DNA from: Fidelibacterota bacterium
GTDB lineage: Bacteria > Fidelibacterota > Marinisomatia > Marinisomatales > UBA2128
Assembly: GCA_046861645.1 (NCBI GenBank)
Contig: JBHHUM010000034.1
Location: forward strand, 1 to 22,189
Direction of reading: 5' to 3'
DNA length: 22,189 nucleotides
Below are positions 10,701-17,892 of this stretch, one piece after another; the stretch's first letter is position 1; each line of letters begins with the position of its first letter. The notes beneath the pieces are model-generated. The model saw only the letters and a list, made by a program, of their open reading frames with translations, was not told the DNA's origin and made no database searches. A program made the position numbers and the translations under genes.

Positions 10701-11074
10701 CTTGGATTAGAGTAGCCAGGTAAGGGACCCCAACCCCAGGCGGTTTTATCTACTGGATCAATATCCTTAAATTCTCGATAATTTGTAGACATGGGATGAA
10801 TTCTATTACCGAGGGTATCCAATGTCGATACGGCAATAACAAGCGCCACACCATCCACATAGGAATGACCGGTACCTTTAGGCCATTCCCCTGAGGGTTG
10901 ATCAGGCCAACGGGCGACTTCGGCATGATTGGCGTAGAGGGTTCGAACCGCATTCCCATCCAGTATGCCCCATTGGGTATATTTCACATCGCCCTTTTGA
11001 GGATCTCCCTGGCTGAAGAGTAATGAAGGGAGGGCAAATAGGAACAGTACGCAGATTAATGGAACTTTGTTCAT
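7784..11074 (-). CDS. Large secreted hypothetical protein (~1096 aa) with acidic Ca-binding-like repeats, FN3-like domain and T9SS-type C-terminal domain
   Basis: True start is probably the ATG at 11074 (MNKVPLICVLFLFALPSLLFS signal peptide), 2 nt after the receptor stop. It has DxDxDG-like motifs (DDLDNDEDGIVDE, DENGNGIWD) and an FN3-like segment (GDGQVILYW...FEGYKIYRS...NGQTYYYAVVSYD). The C-terminus reads VVPNPY...IYTKSGKLV...WDL...GIYFY...KFAVIK. Confidence 0.85.
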   Translation of the reverse strand: MNKVPLICVLFLFALPSLLFSQGDPQKGDVKYTQWGILDGNAVRTLYANHAEVARWPDQPSGEWPKGTGHSYVDGVALVIAVSTLDTLGNRIHPMSTNYREFKDIDPVDKTAWGWGPLPGYSNPRQSSPARSDDPFTWPDAWADKPEWAGEWNGYFGRDMTNADVETYFVCDDSPDEEWFYASDTTTGAGVFYPDPDDTTRGGAGMEVRVRGFQWSHVLAQDVIFWHYEIINEGKTDYDSVYFSQYIDWGIGGTDDSGDDEGGYSTYLDIAFAWDFNGIGQPGQWAPTGVAAYAFLESPGNPFDDLDNDEDGIVDEERDNDPGSWLDVYPYGVDDVVKFEEFYSREPRPHWEGDEDQDWEGYSDENGNGIWDPDEPLNDDVGVDGLAPYHPSYPGRDTGEGDGIPTDGEPDYNQTDKDESDQLGLTGFSVFDVHDYELINDEENWHEIFTVLQRPEEVYLEGGRNLGMFFSSGPFPMPAGHTERFSMALIFADKDFPDAPSSDEIRNSSLARKKETVQQIYNADYRFAQPPLKPILTAIPGDGQVILYWDDRAEDSFDPFLGDYDFEGYKIYRSTEPFFNEIRTITNTYGEETFKKGIAQFDMANGISGLHPVDIDGLKYNLGNDTGLRHYYIDRNVINGQTYYYAVVSYDRGLIAIDSDGNFQLDQNGHVRGLSPSECSAIIQVDISQNVETDINTAVVTPRVKAAGYTEGSIDEQIFVEWDTLPGPATGYVDVFVVQSDSLKDGHEYQLVFSEESSHYDDSIPMVSLQDNTSQTTLFDSIEVKLYGQEMPITNGLGIVVYNDTTISIVDSASGWYGDHQSNYVVTVKELILGDNVWGDYGNRKLLYPADYMIIFENEVVDTSFQLGWPYGPVGRPGIPVPFRVWNATEQKYAKFGVVERLQGDSLSYDHEWQANEPIIILAGDSAGADPVYPNYWVSWVIRLFAPEEGVTPLPPGAGDLVRVTTTKPFRNSERYRFTVQGAEVDEKMGKDAMDEVFVVPNPYVATSIFEPSNLYKSGRGERRIYFMGLPEQCTITIYTKSGKLVDTIEHNGTGGSGQEAWDLVSKDGMNIAYGIYFYVIEAFGQEAVGKFAVIK

Positions 11075-11076
11075 GT

Positions 11077-13758
11077 TCAAAAATCCACCGAGAGTCCCAG
11101 GAGAATTTGCCGGGGCGGGCTGTACCAATCCGGTCGAGTGAAAAATTCCTCCTTGGTGTTCCACCCCTGGACTTCTCCAGGACGATTCAACTCTTCCGTA
11201 TAGGTCGCTCGTCCTGAATCACCATAGACATTTCTTTCATTAAGACGATCAAATAAGTTATATATTTTCAGAACCAATTTTACGGACACTCCTGGAAAGG
11301 AGATTTCTTTTCTGGCAAAAAGATCAAAGATTAGTTGTTGAGGTTTACGATCACTATTTTCTATAACTGCACGGGTTTTATCAACGCTGGGTGTGTAGGG
11401 CATTCCGCTTCCGTACCTGCCAACCATGGTAACCACTGTTTTAGATGCAGGTTGCAATGAAATCTGAGCATTAAGTGTATGAGTCTGATCCCAATCGAGA
11501 AATACCAGCTGCTTTTCCGACTCTATCGGTGGGTCACTTTGGTTATCAATTAGAACCGCTTTGGGATCGGACGCATTCCCCCGAGCTACCTGGTAAGTAT
11601 AATCTATACTGGCTCCGATCCCCATGATCAACCTTTTTTCCAGCATTAGAGTAAAGCCTCTAACTTGACCATAATCCCTATTGATGTATCGCCCATAGTC
11701 TATCCCCGCATGATTTTCACCTGTGGCAATTGTGTGAATCTCTGTACCCAGGAGATTTCTGATATCCTTATAATAAGCCGTGGCTTCAATTCTGACGTCA
11801 GCAGTAATCTGTTGCTGGATGCCCACTTCATAAGCTACGGTCTTTTGTGGTTTTAACTCAGCATTTCCAAAGGGAAAATTCAATACATTGGCGCGGCCGC
11901 CTTCCGGGTTAATGGTAAACTCAGGATTCGTGTAAAGGACTTCAAACCGCGGCACCTGAAAGAAATGACCGTAGGATGCATGCATGACTCCTTTATCGGA
12001 GATGGGATAAGCGAGACCGAATCTAGGACTCCACTGAACATACGGTTTGGAAGTAGAACGCTCTGAACTCTGAGGGCGCTCTAAATCATTAACCACCTCT
12101 CCCCTGGCATCGAAATAGTCCAGTCTAACTCCAGCATTGATAATCAAATCTTTAGACTCCACCTTGGTTTGCAGATAGGCAGCACCTTCAAGGGGATCTC
12201 GATTGTATTCCTGATTATCCGCAGTATTGGGAGGAGGAACCTGTATTTCAAAACCGGTCTCGGGGTTTCGTTTAAGTTCCAGGTCATGAAGATATAACTG
12301 ATGCAATTGCCATTCGGTACCAGTGCTCACTTCGACTGTTCGGTTCAATTGCGAGGTAATATCCGCTTTAAAGGTCGCTGTTTGTGTGCTTCTTTCATAA
12401 TAACGCATATCAGTACCACCGGTATAAAAAGAGAAATTACCATGATCTTCGAGTCTCGTATCGGTTGAGTACCGGGTATCAAGGGAGTCATCGAATAAGA
12501 AACGATCATATTCTTTCCATAAATAAGAAAGTGCCAAGTTGAAATAGGTGCGTTGAGAAAGAAGAAAATTCCAGGACACATAACCAATTATATTTCTTTC
12601 CCCAATGCGACTATTCCCCTTGGGAGTGAATGAAAACATGTGTTCATAGATTCCATAGTTTCGATTCTGGTAAGTCATGTTAAAAGCAATTCTGCTGCGA
12701 GAAGTCAGGGGAAACGAAATCTTACCAAATATTGATTCACGACGATAGTCTGACATCGGCACAAAACCAAGAGTATCCCGGAAAACAACACTATCATCCA
12801 GAACGGAAGGTTCAAAATAATCTCTCCCAAAAAGATGTCCTTCGTCAGTAGTTAACTGGTAATTAAAGAGGTATCTCATGCGACCCAGCAGAGGACCATT
12901 CAGAAATAGTGAATATTCACTGTAAGCCAGGGGATTAATTTCATCGATGTTGCGAAAGATGTCTGTATTGGTGGAATAATAGTCTCCCAATGTAGTGCTG
13001 AAGTTACCTCCAAAATTATCCATCCCTTCCCGAGTAATAATTTCTACGATACCCGATTGAGCCTGACCATACTCAGCATTAAAGGTTCCACTGACGACTT
13101 TCAATTCCTGAATTACACTATTTTCTACAAGTAAGGCAGCATTACTGGCGAAGACATCATTCACCGGAATGCCATCAATCAGGTACGAGACTTCCTGACT
13201 CCGGCCACCCCGAAAGTGCCCATCAACAACACCAGCCTGAAGATTCAACAGGTCATCTACCGTTTGCACAGGCATAATCTCTATTTGTTGAGCAGATACC
13301 GAAGCGGATGTAGATGTTCGATCGATCTCAATAACCGGTTTTTCAGCAACTACAGTCACTGCTTCAGCCGCTTCAAGAACCGTCGGGTGGAGTGCACCGT
13401 TCACTTCAGTAGTATGATCAGAGCGAACATCAATATTATCAATGATGAGTTCTGTATAGCCAATCATGGAAAACTTCAAGGAGTACAGTCCCGGGCTTAC
13501 ATTCAGAATCAAGTAAAAACCATCCGCTCTGCTGGCAGCACCTAATTGCGTACCAGTGATGACTACATTAACACCAGCCAGAGGATCTCCTTCGGAATCG
13601 GTAACGGTGCCCATGATTTTACCAGTGGTCGCCCCCTGTGACAATGTTGTAATTCCTATTAAAAAAGTAATGAAAACCAGGTTATAAAAGACCCCTGAAC
13701 GGGAATTATTGATCTGTTGCTTCTGCCTGGTCAAAATGACAGTCCTTTTGTTATCCAA
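11077..13758 (-). CDS. TonB-dependent receptor
   Basis: N-terminal carboxypeptidase-regulatory-like domain (GKIMGTVTD..G.PL.GVNV), plug (FRGGRS.EV.YLIDG; GTFNAEYGQAQSG), barrel motifs (GVRLDY, SPRFG, LKPQKT..YEVG) and terminal Phe (GLSVDF). The start is uncertain: TTG at 13758, or TTG at 13734 with an AAGGA SD. Confidence 0.93.
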   Translation of the reverse strand: MDNKRTVILTRQKQQINNSRSGVFYNLVFITFLIGITTLSQGATTGKIMGTVTDSEGDPLAGVNVVITGTQLGAASRADGFYLILNVSPGLYSLKFSMIGYTELIIDNIDVRSDHTTEVNGALHPTVLEAAEAVTVVAEKPVIEIDRTSTSASVSAQQIEIMPVQTVDDLLNLQAGVVDGHFRGGRSQEVSYLIDGIPVNDVFASNAALLVENSVIQELKVVSGTFNAEYGQAQSGIVEIITREGMDNFGGNFSTTLGDYYSTNTDIFRNIDEINPLAYSEYSLFLNGPLLGRMRYLFNYQLTTDEGHLFGRDYFEPSVLDDSVVFRDTLGFVPMSDYRRESIFGKISFPLTSRSRIAFNMTYQNRNYGIYEHMFSFTPKGNSRIGERNIIGYVSWNFLLSQRTYFNLALSYLWKEYDRFLFDDSLDTRYSTDTRLEDHGNFSFYTGGTDMRYYERSTQTATFKADITSQLNRTVEVSTGTEWQLHQLYLHDLELKRNPETGFEIQVPPPNTADNQEYNRDPLEGAAYLQTKVESKDLIINAGVRLDYFDARGEVVNDLERPQSSERSTSKPYVQWSPRFGLAYPISDKGVMHASYGHFFQVPRFEVLYTNPEFTINPEGGRANVLNFPFGNAELKPQKTVAYEVGIQQQITADVRIEATAYYKDIRNLLGTEIHTIATGENHAGIDYGRYINRDYGQVRGFTLMLEKRLIMGIGASIDYTYQVARGNASDPKAVLIDNQSDPPIESEKQLVFLDWDQTHTLNAQISLQPASKTVVTMVGRYGSGMPYTPSVDKTRAVIENSDRKPQQLIFDLFARKEISFPGVSVKLVLKIYNLFDRLNERNVYGDSGRATYTEELNRPGEVQGWNTKEEFFTRPDWYSPPRQILLGLSVDF

Positions 13759-13807
13759 ACTACTACTAAATATCCGTTAGCTCAAGATTCCATTCAAGAC
13801 GAATGAG

Positions 13808-13845
13808 AGAAGGAAAAGGGGCGAAAATAAACTCGCCCCTTTCCT
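13808..13845 (-). terminator. Intrinsic terminator-like hairpin between the CBM protein gene and the TonB receptor gene
   Basis: 10-bp stem AAAGGGGCGA (13815-13824)/TCGCCCCTTT (13833-13842) with an 8-nt loop. On the minus strand it ends in a pyrimidine tail, TTTTCCTTCTCT. It begins ~16 nt after the stop at 13859. Confidence 0.7.
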
Positions 13846-13858
13846 CATCACTATCACT

Positions 13859-16372
13859 TTACTTAAGGTAAGTGATCTTGCGGACTTGAGATTCCTTATG
13901 ATCCAGAAGGATCCGTGCAAAATAAGGACCTGATGGAGCAGGTGTTCCATCACTTCTCTTACCGTTCCATTGAACCTGATGTCGGCCCCGCTCAAGATTC
14001 TCATCAATGAGAGTAGCTACTTCACGTCCGAGAATATCATAGATTATCAATTTGACATGCTCCAGTTGTGGAATGTCAAAAACAATATTGATAGTCGGAT
14101 TGAACGGGTTGGGATATGCTGTAAGTAGTTTAAACTCCTCCGGCATAATTCCATCAGTATACTGGTCTTCAATGGCAAGAGGTGTAGTCTTCATCACCAT
14201 AAAGTCATCCCAGTAGCTCGTCCCACGGAAGAAATGCCAGTACCGAGCTCTCAAACTGAACTGGGTAGCATCATCAGGTGGTGTCAATACCGCCTGATAC
14301 AGCGTCCAATCCGTAGTGTCACCAGCCACTTCAAACCGGTAATCACTACCGCCAACTTCTCCCCAGTTATCTGCACCCATCGTGCCATCATGCCAGGTAA
14401 CTGTGAAACCCATACCATAACTCGGATCGCTGTTTACTGAATCGGCCAGCCCATCAGCTAACTCGGCCTTGATGTAAACCGAAAATACCAGTGGTGAACC
14501 ATCATTGACAAACTCCGTGGGATCAGAGTTGACCACCACTTCATAGCCGGTACCATCCTTAACCAACTTCAAGGAAGCGTCTCCCGAATGGGACTCCTCT
14601 GTCGTCTGTCCGGCAAAGACCGGCACTTCCGTGTCCCATGCAGAATCGCCCCAACTGAAATTAGGCCACCAGTAAAACCAGCCCTCCGGTACATCTACAT
14701 TGGGATTGAAGAAATCTCCAGCCCACTCTCCGTCCGTCGTATTCCTGATGAAATAATCATCTAAATACGCCGTACCTGTGGCTGCCGAACCCATCTTGAA
14801 CTCCGTCGTGATCTGTGATACGGTCACCGGAAACGAAAGGGGATCGGTACTCTTTACCTCCACCCAATCAGTACTGGCTGACGTCTGCGGAACATCTATG
14901 ACATACGGCGCCCCTAACAGATCATCACCATTTTCATCCAGAAAATTGAATATGACCTGTATCTTCTCGTCATCTGAAGACGGATTTGTATTCACTCCGT
15001 CCAACTTCACCCAAGCGCCAACTTCCATCCCTACATTCTGACCTACAAACACTGACCAGTAACGATATAAATCATCACTGAGCCAGGATGCCGTGCCGTC
15101 AGAACTGGTCTTGGATATCTTCAACGAGTGACCACCTGTCCGTGACTCCGCTGTGCTCCAGCTTATGTCAGCGGTCGTTGAGGTGCCTCCTGTGGTGAAA
15201 TAATTCGGTGTATCACCCTCAAAGCTACTATTGGGCAGATCGTTATCAGCAGCAGTTGCCTGTTCCACAAAGAAGTCATCCCAGTAGGTAGTCCCACGGA
15301 AGAAATGCCAGTACCGAGCTCTCAAACTGAACTGGGTAGCATCATCAGGTGGTGTCAATACCGCCTGATACAGCGTCCAATCCGTAGTGTCACCAGCCAC
15401 TTCAAACCGGTAATCACTACCGCCAACTTCTCCCCAGTTATCTGCACCCATCGTGCCATCATGCCAGGTAACTGTGAAACCCATACCATAACTCGGATCG
15501 CTGTTTACTGAATCGGCCAGCCCATCAGCTAACTCGGCCTTGATGTAAACCGAAAATACCAGTGGTGAACCATCATTGACAAACTCCGTGGGATCAGAGT
15601 TGACCACCACTTCATAGCCGGTACCATCCTTAACCAACTTCAAGGAAGCGTCTCCCGAATGGGACTCCTCTGTCGTCTGTCCGGCAAAGACCGGCACTTC
15701 CGTGTCCCATGCAGAATCGCCCCAACTGAAATTAGGCCACCAGTAAAACCAGCCCTCCGGTACATCTACATTGGGATTGAAGAAATCTCCAGCCCACTCT
15801 CCGTCCGTCGTATTCCTGATGAAATAATCATCTAAATACGCCGTACCTGTGGCTGCCGAACCCATCTTGAACTCCGTCGTGATCTGTGATACGGTCACCG
15901 GAAACGAAAGGGGATCGGTACTCTTTACCTCCACCCAATCAGTACTGGCTGACGTCTGCGGAACATCTATGACATACGGCGCCCCTAACAGATCATCACC
16001 ATTTTCATCCAGAAAATTGAATATGACCTGTATCTTCTCGTCATCTGAAGACGGATTTGTATTCACTCCGTCCAACTTCACCCAAGCGCCAACTTCCATC
16101 CCTACATTCTGACCTACAAACACTGACCAGTAACGATATAAATCATCACTGAGCCAGGATGCCGTGCCGTCAGAACTGGTCTTGGATATCTTCAACGAGT
16201 GACCACCTGTCCGTGACTCCGCTGTGCTCCAGCTTATGTCAGCGGTCGTTGAGGTGCCTCCTGTGGTGAAATAATTCGGTGTATCACCCTCAAAACCACC
16301 GTTGGGAAGGCCACCCAACAGCAGGGAGGTCGTCATTAGCGTCCCTATGATCACGCTTATTACGTTTCTCAT
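13859..16372 (-). CDS. Secreted multi-module carbohydrate-binding protein (4 CBM4/9-like beta-sandwich modules) with T9SS type A/FlgD-like C-terminal domain
   Basis: Strong SD (GAGGAGG/AAGGA) and a signal peptide. Modules carry N..FE...RTG..SLK...W.....DD patterns, two per 357-aa repeat unit. The C-terminus reads AYPNPFNP...IYDILGREV..L...G.H.V.WNG...SG.YF...KITYLK. No catalytic domain was recognised. Confidence 0.85.
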   Translation of the reverse strand: MRNVISVIIGTLMTTSLLLGGLPNGGFEGDTPNYFTTGGTSTTADISWSTAESRTGGHSLKISKTSSDGTASWLSDDLYRYWSVFVGQNVGMEVGAWVKLDGVNTNPSSDDEKIQVIFNFLDENGDDLLGAPYVIDVPQTSASTDWVEVKSTDPLSFPVTVSQITTEFKMGSAATGTAYLDDYFIRNTTDGEWAGDFFNPNVDVPEGWFYWWPNFSWGDSAWDTEVPVFAGQTTEESHSGDASLKLVKDGTGYEVVVNSDPTEFVNDGSPLVFSVYIKAELADGLADSVNSDPSYGMGFTVTWHDGTMGADNWGEVGGSDYRFEVAGDTTDWTLYQAVLTPPDDATQFSLRARYWHFFRGTTYWDDFFVEQATAADNDLPNSSFEGDTPNYFTTGGTSTTADISWSTAESRTGGHSLKISKTSSDGTASWLSDDLYRYWSVFVGQNVGMEVGAWVKLDGVNTNPSSDDEKIQVIFNFLDENGDDLLGAPYVIDVPQTSASTDWVEVKSTDPLSFPVTVSQITTEFKMGSAATGTAYLDDYFIRNTTDGEWAGDFFNPNVDVPEGWFYWWPNFSWGDSAWDTEVPVFAGQTTEESHSGDASLKLVKDGTGYEVVVNSDPTEFVNDGSPLVFSVYIKAELADGLADSVNSDPSYGMGFTVTWHDGTMGADNWGEVGGSDYRFEVAGDTTDWTLYQAVLTPPDDATQFSLRARYWHFFRGTSYWDDFMVMKTTPLAIEDQYTDGIMPEEFKLLTAYPNPFNPTINIVFDIPQLEHVKLIIYDILGREVATLIDENLERGRHQVQWNGKRSDGTPAPSGPYFARILLDHKESQVRKITYLK
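14220..15223. repeat. Intragenic direct repeat, copy 1 (1004 bp)
   Basis: No mismatch found by eye against 15291-16294 (offset 1071 bp = 357 codons). Opposite-strand shadow ORFs are also identical between the copies. Confidence 0.95.
15291..16294. repeat. Intragenic direct repeat, copy 2 (1004 bp)
   Basis: Matches 14220-15223 and is separated from it by a 67-bp linker. Confidence 0.95.
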
Positions 16373-16544
16373 GTCCTTTCCTCCTCTCTTGCAGTCAAAC
16401 CCCGTGAGGCTTACTAAGCAAATTATTTTCTACACCTGCTACGAAGTACGACAAACTCAATCCTGCAGGGAATGACTGCTCTTTTGCTTATCTTCAATTA
16501 ATAAGTCCACATTGCTCACAGTTTATCCACTATTCTCCCACTGT

Positions 16545-17495
16545 TCATAAAGGTGAACGAGAATTCTGTAAGCACATCTCAACCAAATCCTTAATTTTAG
16601 CCGTCCCCACACACATGACCGTATCAGCTCCCCCCCAATAAATCCTCACTGAGCCATCATTTTCCGGTACCGCTCCACAGGAAAACACCACATTGTCTAC
16701 ATAACCTGTTACTTCCCAGGGATCTTCCGGTTGGAGAATCCAGTCATCGGACACTCCAATGATATTCGCCGGATCATCTATATCATGGAGTGCTACACCT
16801 AATCTGTAGACACAGCCATTCATCGTGGGAAATACACCATGATAAATACTCAACCAACCACTCTCCGTCTCAATTGGAGTTGCCCCCGGACCTATTTTCA
16901 TTTCATCCCAGTGATAAGGTACCGGTTTGATCAACAGTTGCGAATTCCCCCAATTAACCAGGTCTGGAGAATAGGAAATCCACATTGACCAGGGTGAAAT
17001 CTCAGAGTTGGGTCGATCAAGCCTAACATACAATCCGTTAAATTTTTTGGGGAAAAGAACAAGATTTCGATAGTCAGCCTGAGTAATCATAGAAATTCTT
17101 TCTAACTCTTCAAAGTTAGAGGTTTTTGCCAGGCCAATTCTGACACCAAAACGAGAATAAGCACTATATGTAATGTAAAACTCGTCATCAATCTCACATA
17201 TTCTGGGATCCTCTACCCCATATTCTTCATAGATCGAGAATCCACCACTGTTACCTGGTACAAGAAAAGGTTCAGGGCGTACATTAAAGCAAAACCCATC
17301 ATCGCTATCTGCAATCCCGATAATCGAACGTCCATTCCTGCGGTGGGCTCGGAATAACATAACATAGGAACCATTTTTTTTTACTACGGCAGCATTATGT
17401 ACCGTTTCTACTGGATAAGGGACATCCTTTTTTGTCAATATAGGATTACCTTCGTAGCGCTTGACTATAGGCTCCCTGTTTTCAGGCTTATTCAT
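16545..17495 (-). CDS. GH130 family glycoside phosphorylase/hydrolase (beta-mannoside-active)
   Basis: RYEGNPIL, VHNAAV, GVEDPRI, RNLVLFPKK, RLDRP, KIGPG, IYHGV, YRLG, NVVFSCG and YWGGADT motifs. No signal peptide. Confidence 0.92.
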   Translation of the reverse strand: MNKPENREPIVKRYEGNPILTKKDVPYPVETVHNAAVVKKNGSYVMLFRAHRRNGRSIIGIADSDDGFCFNVRPEPFLVPGNSGGFSIYEEYGVEDPRICEIDDEFYITYSAYSRFGVRIGLAKTSNFEELERISMITQADYRNLVLFPKKFNGLYVRLDRPNSEISPWSMWISYSPDLVNWGNSQLLIKPVPYHWDEMKIGPGATPIETESGWLSIYHGVFPTMNGCVYRLGVALHDIDDPANIIGVSDDWILQPEDPWEVTGYVDNVVFSCGAVPENDGSVRIYWGGADTVMCVGTAKIKDLVEMCLQNSRSPL

Positions 17496-17558
17496 GTGGA
17501 ATATTCTGACACTTGTACTTGGAACAAAATGGAAGTTGTAATAATCTCATATTATCTG

Positions 17559-17572
17559 TCGAACCGTTTCGA
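17559..17572. promoter_or_regulatory. LacI-family operator upstream of the catabolic operon
   Basis: Palindrome TCGAACCGTTTCGA with central CG. Its reverse complement matches the site at 18953-18966 at 13 of 14 positions. Confidence 0.8.
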
Positions 17573-17601
17573 GTTTATATATGAGTTAACTAAAATGTCA
17601 A
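17572..17601 (-). promoter_or_regulatory. Sigma70-type promoter of the operon
   Basis: Minus strand TTGACA (17601-17596), 18-nt spacer, TAAACT (17577-17572). An alternative -10 is TATAAA at 16-nt spacing. It abuts the operator. Confidence 0.7.
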
Positions 17602-17892
17602 TTAAAATTTTCAACGTTTTGTTAGGTCAATATCTAGCCTCTTCCACAGCGAAAGGCAACATGTCTTGAAAATATTACCACTCACACCGGGGGAGCTAAT
17701 TCCTACAACAATTCGGGTAAAGAAAATAAGCAACCGTAGAGTTTAAAATGGTGATAATTGATTAAAAAATTATTCCAGAAGATGTAATAACTAAGTGACA
17801 CAACTAAAAGAGGTTTAATAATTCAAGTGATTTATAAAGGATTAGACTGACTGTAACCAGCCAGGAATTGCCAGATCGGGTCGTTACTTGTG

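Noticed and set aside
11075..11164. Extended N-terminus of the 1126-aa ORF (and likewise 7783-7800 for the PorV-like gene)
   Set aside because: These extensions overlap the upstream genes. Downstream ATGs give proper signal peptides right after the upstream stops.
14220..16294. Duplication as a diversity-generating retroelement TR/VR pair
   Set aside because: The copies are ~1 kb, identical and both coding. There is no adenine-specific mismatch pattern and no reverse transcriptase in the window.
17602..17892. Possible sRNA or riboswitch in the LacI-GH130 intergenic region
   Set aside because: The region is AT-rich, and I could not identify a convincing stem or known RNA motif by eye.
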